From assembly GCA_030390025.1 (NCBI GenBank), contig CM059432.1:101310001-101374000 (forward strand): a DNA stretch of 64,000 bases, given 5' to 3'. The notes below the pieces were generated by a model. The model worked only from the letters and a program-made list of their open reading frames with translations. It was not told the origin of the DNA and did not search any database. Positions 62,008-64,000 of the stretch are shown one piece after another (the first letter of the stretch is position 1; each line of letters opens with the position of its first letter). The DNA is from Squalus acanthias (lineage: Eukaryota). Position numbers and translations under genes: made by a program.

Positions 62008-62900
62008 GGAGATACTGAAGAAGGAAGCTGTAGACTGCAGGAAGATATCAATAAATTGGTCAGGTGGGCAGAACAGTGGCAAATGGAATTCAATCTGGAG
62101 AAGTGTGAGGTAATGCATTTGGGGAGGGCTTACAAGGAAAGGGAATACACATTAAATGGTAGGACACTGAGTAGTGTAGAGGAACAAAGGGACCTTGGAG
62201 TGCATGTCCACAGATCCCTGAAGGTAGCAGGCCAGGTAGATAAGGTGGTTAAGAAGGCAAACGGAATGCTTGCCTTTATTAGCCGTGGCATAGAATACAA
62301 GAGCAGGGGGGTTATGCTTCAACTGTATAAAACACTAGTTAGGCCTCAGCTAGAGTACTGCGTGCAGTTCTGGTCACCATATTACAGGAAAGATGTGATT
62401 GCACTAGAGAGGGTACAGAGGAGATTTACAAGGATGTTGCCGGGAGTAGAGAATCTTAGCTAAGAGGAAAGACTGGATAGGCTGGGTCTGTTTTCCTTGA
62501 AACAGAGGAGGCTGAGGGGAGACCTTATTGAGGTGTATAAAATTATGAGGGGCATAGATAAAGTGGATAGAAAGGACCTATTTCCCTTAGCAGAGGGGTC
62601 AAAAACCAGGGGGCACAGATTTAAAGTAATTGGTGGAAGGTTTAGAGGGGATTTGAGCGGAAATTTCTTCACCCAGAGGGTTGTGGGGTTCTGGAACTCA
62701 CTGCTTGAAAGGGTGGTAGAGGCAGGAACCCTAACCACATTTAAAAAGTACTTGGATGTGCACTTGGGATGCTGTAACCTGCAGGGCTATGGACCAAGAG
62801 CTGGGAAGTGGGATTAGGCTGGATAGCTCTTTGTTGGCTGGCGCGGGCACGATGGGCCGAAATGGCCTCCTTCCGTGCTGTAACTTTCTATGATTCTATA
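62008..62900 (+). mobile_element. CR1 3' fragment
   Basis: WQMEFNLEKCEVMHLG, RPQLEYC, single stop at 62461, tail TTCTATGATTCTAT. Confidence 0.92.
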
Positions 62901-62998
62901 ATCCACAATACTCATGTTAAAATAACATGCGAGAGAACATAGGATACAATTCTGAGGAAACACTTTTCAGAAATAAGACAAAATTCTGGCAGCACTTT

Positions 62999-63092
62999 GC
63001 CAGGAATTTCCTCCGAGCTGCTCCAACTCTACTGTCGTAACTTCGCCAGAAGTATGGGCGGAGCAGAAACAGCTCCGAATAAATTCCCGGGC
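62999..63092. mobile_element. Miniature Harbinger-type element (~94 bp)
   Basis: GCCAGGAATTT / AAATTCCCGGGC inverted ends. Confidence 0.5.
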
Positions 63093-63449
63093 AAGTTAAG
63101 ACTTGGAAAACATGCAACTTTGGGACAGAAAATATGCCACTCTCTCAAGCCTTTCTTAAATATTACTTACAACTGAATAAGAAGTTTCAAATACATTTGC
63201 AATTTCATAATTAATTGAAAATTGAGTCCATGATTAGAAAATTTGGGGCTATGACTATCAAAGTAGTGACAACTGGGTTCTGTACATGGATATTATAGAG
63301 AATGGTTTTAATTTGAATCAGAATAATTGAGTTGAGAAGTTAGAGAAAGAATAGGCAGATTGAGCTCGGTCATTAATGAGGATAGGTTAACAAACAGATG
63401 TAATTTATTGCATCTGAACCAATTGGAAATTTGTCAAAAAAATGACTGT

Positions 63450-63985
63450 GAAATGGGACATTTGTACATCTTAACTATCCCAAAATATCTGAGCAAAAGC
63501 GAAATAACATGAGAGGCGCTTTCTTTTGTAACCCAATAATAAAGTGGGGAAAAAATCAAACAAAACTCAGTACAACAGCAATATGATTTATACTTCGGTC
63601 ATAAAACTTTAATTTAGCGATCGAACCATATTCAAAAATAAAGTGGAAGACTGGTGTTATTATTAGTCAGGATCTGATGGTTAACAAAAAGCAGAAATGC
63701 CTTTATGGGCAGGAAACTAGCAATGGAGAACTGCTAGAGATCTATGGCACAAAACATTGAAATCCATGTGGAATTATTTGAGGGAATTAAGGGACATTCT
63801 GAGTACTAATCATGGGGACCTTTAATTAAACAGAATTAAATTGCACAGAAAGGGGATCACATTCCAAAGAGGGATTGGGCAACTTCATAGACCTTGTATA
63901 TGATTGCTTCTTTATAGAAAAAAGAAACTGAGAGTAGCCTAATTTTAGAATGCCAAGGCGATTCTCTAGATTTAATTCTTTAACC
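63450..63985 (+). mobile_element. Highly decayed CR1 endonuclease relic
   Basis: VLIMGTFN-like and ILDLIL-like motifs at the expected spacing. Confidence 0.4.
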
Positions 63986-64000
63986 CCAGGGAATTTTTAA

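Overview
Eukaryotic, repeat-dominated DNA, not prokaryotic. The repeat set (Deu-domain tRNA SINEs of SacSINE1 type, CR1 LINEs with esterase ORF1 and microsatellite tails, L2) points to a cartilaginous fish; this is an inference. I could not support any host protein-coding gene, CRISPR array or structural RNA gene. The window holds: (1) a ~4-kb two-gene PIF/Harbinger transposon (5202-17930; 3-exon Myb/SANT gene on +, HARBI1-like transposase on -) expanded to 12.7 kb by nested insertions; (2) inside it, a young 4.4-kb Ty3/Gypsy element (194-bp LTRs with 3 mismatches, GTTGC TSD); (3) roughly 15 Harbinger-type non-autonomous elements/MITEs; (4) many CR1 copies, one near full-length at 57788-61905, an internally deleted L2, Deu-SINEs, a pogo-like MITE and minisatellites. 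Most interesting: the Gypsy has no tRNA primer site, but an 11-nt PBS perfectly complementary to an 11-mer in its own LTR that overlaps the poly(A) signal, suggesting Tf1-like self-priming; its RT motif reads YLDN. Second: a MITE family keeps three hairpins whose stem sequences co-vary, and carries promoter motifs and clusters of consensus 5' splice sites. All alignments and counts were done by eye, and boundaries of old elements are approximate.
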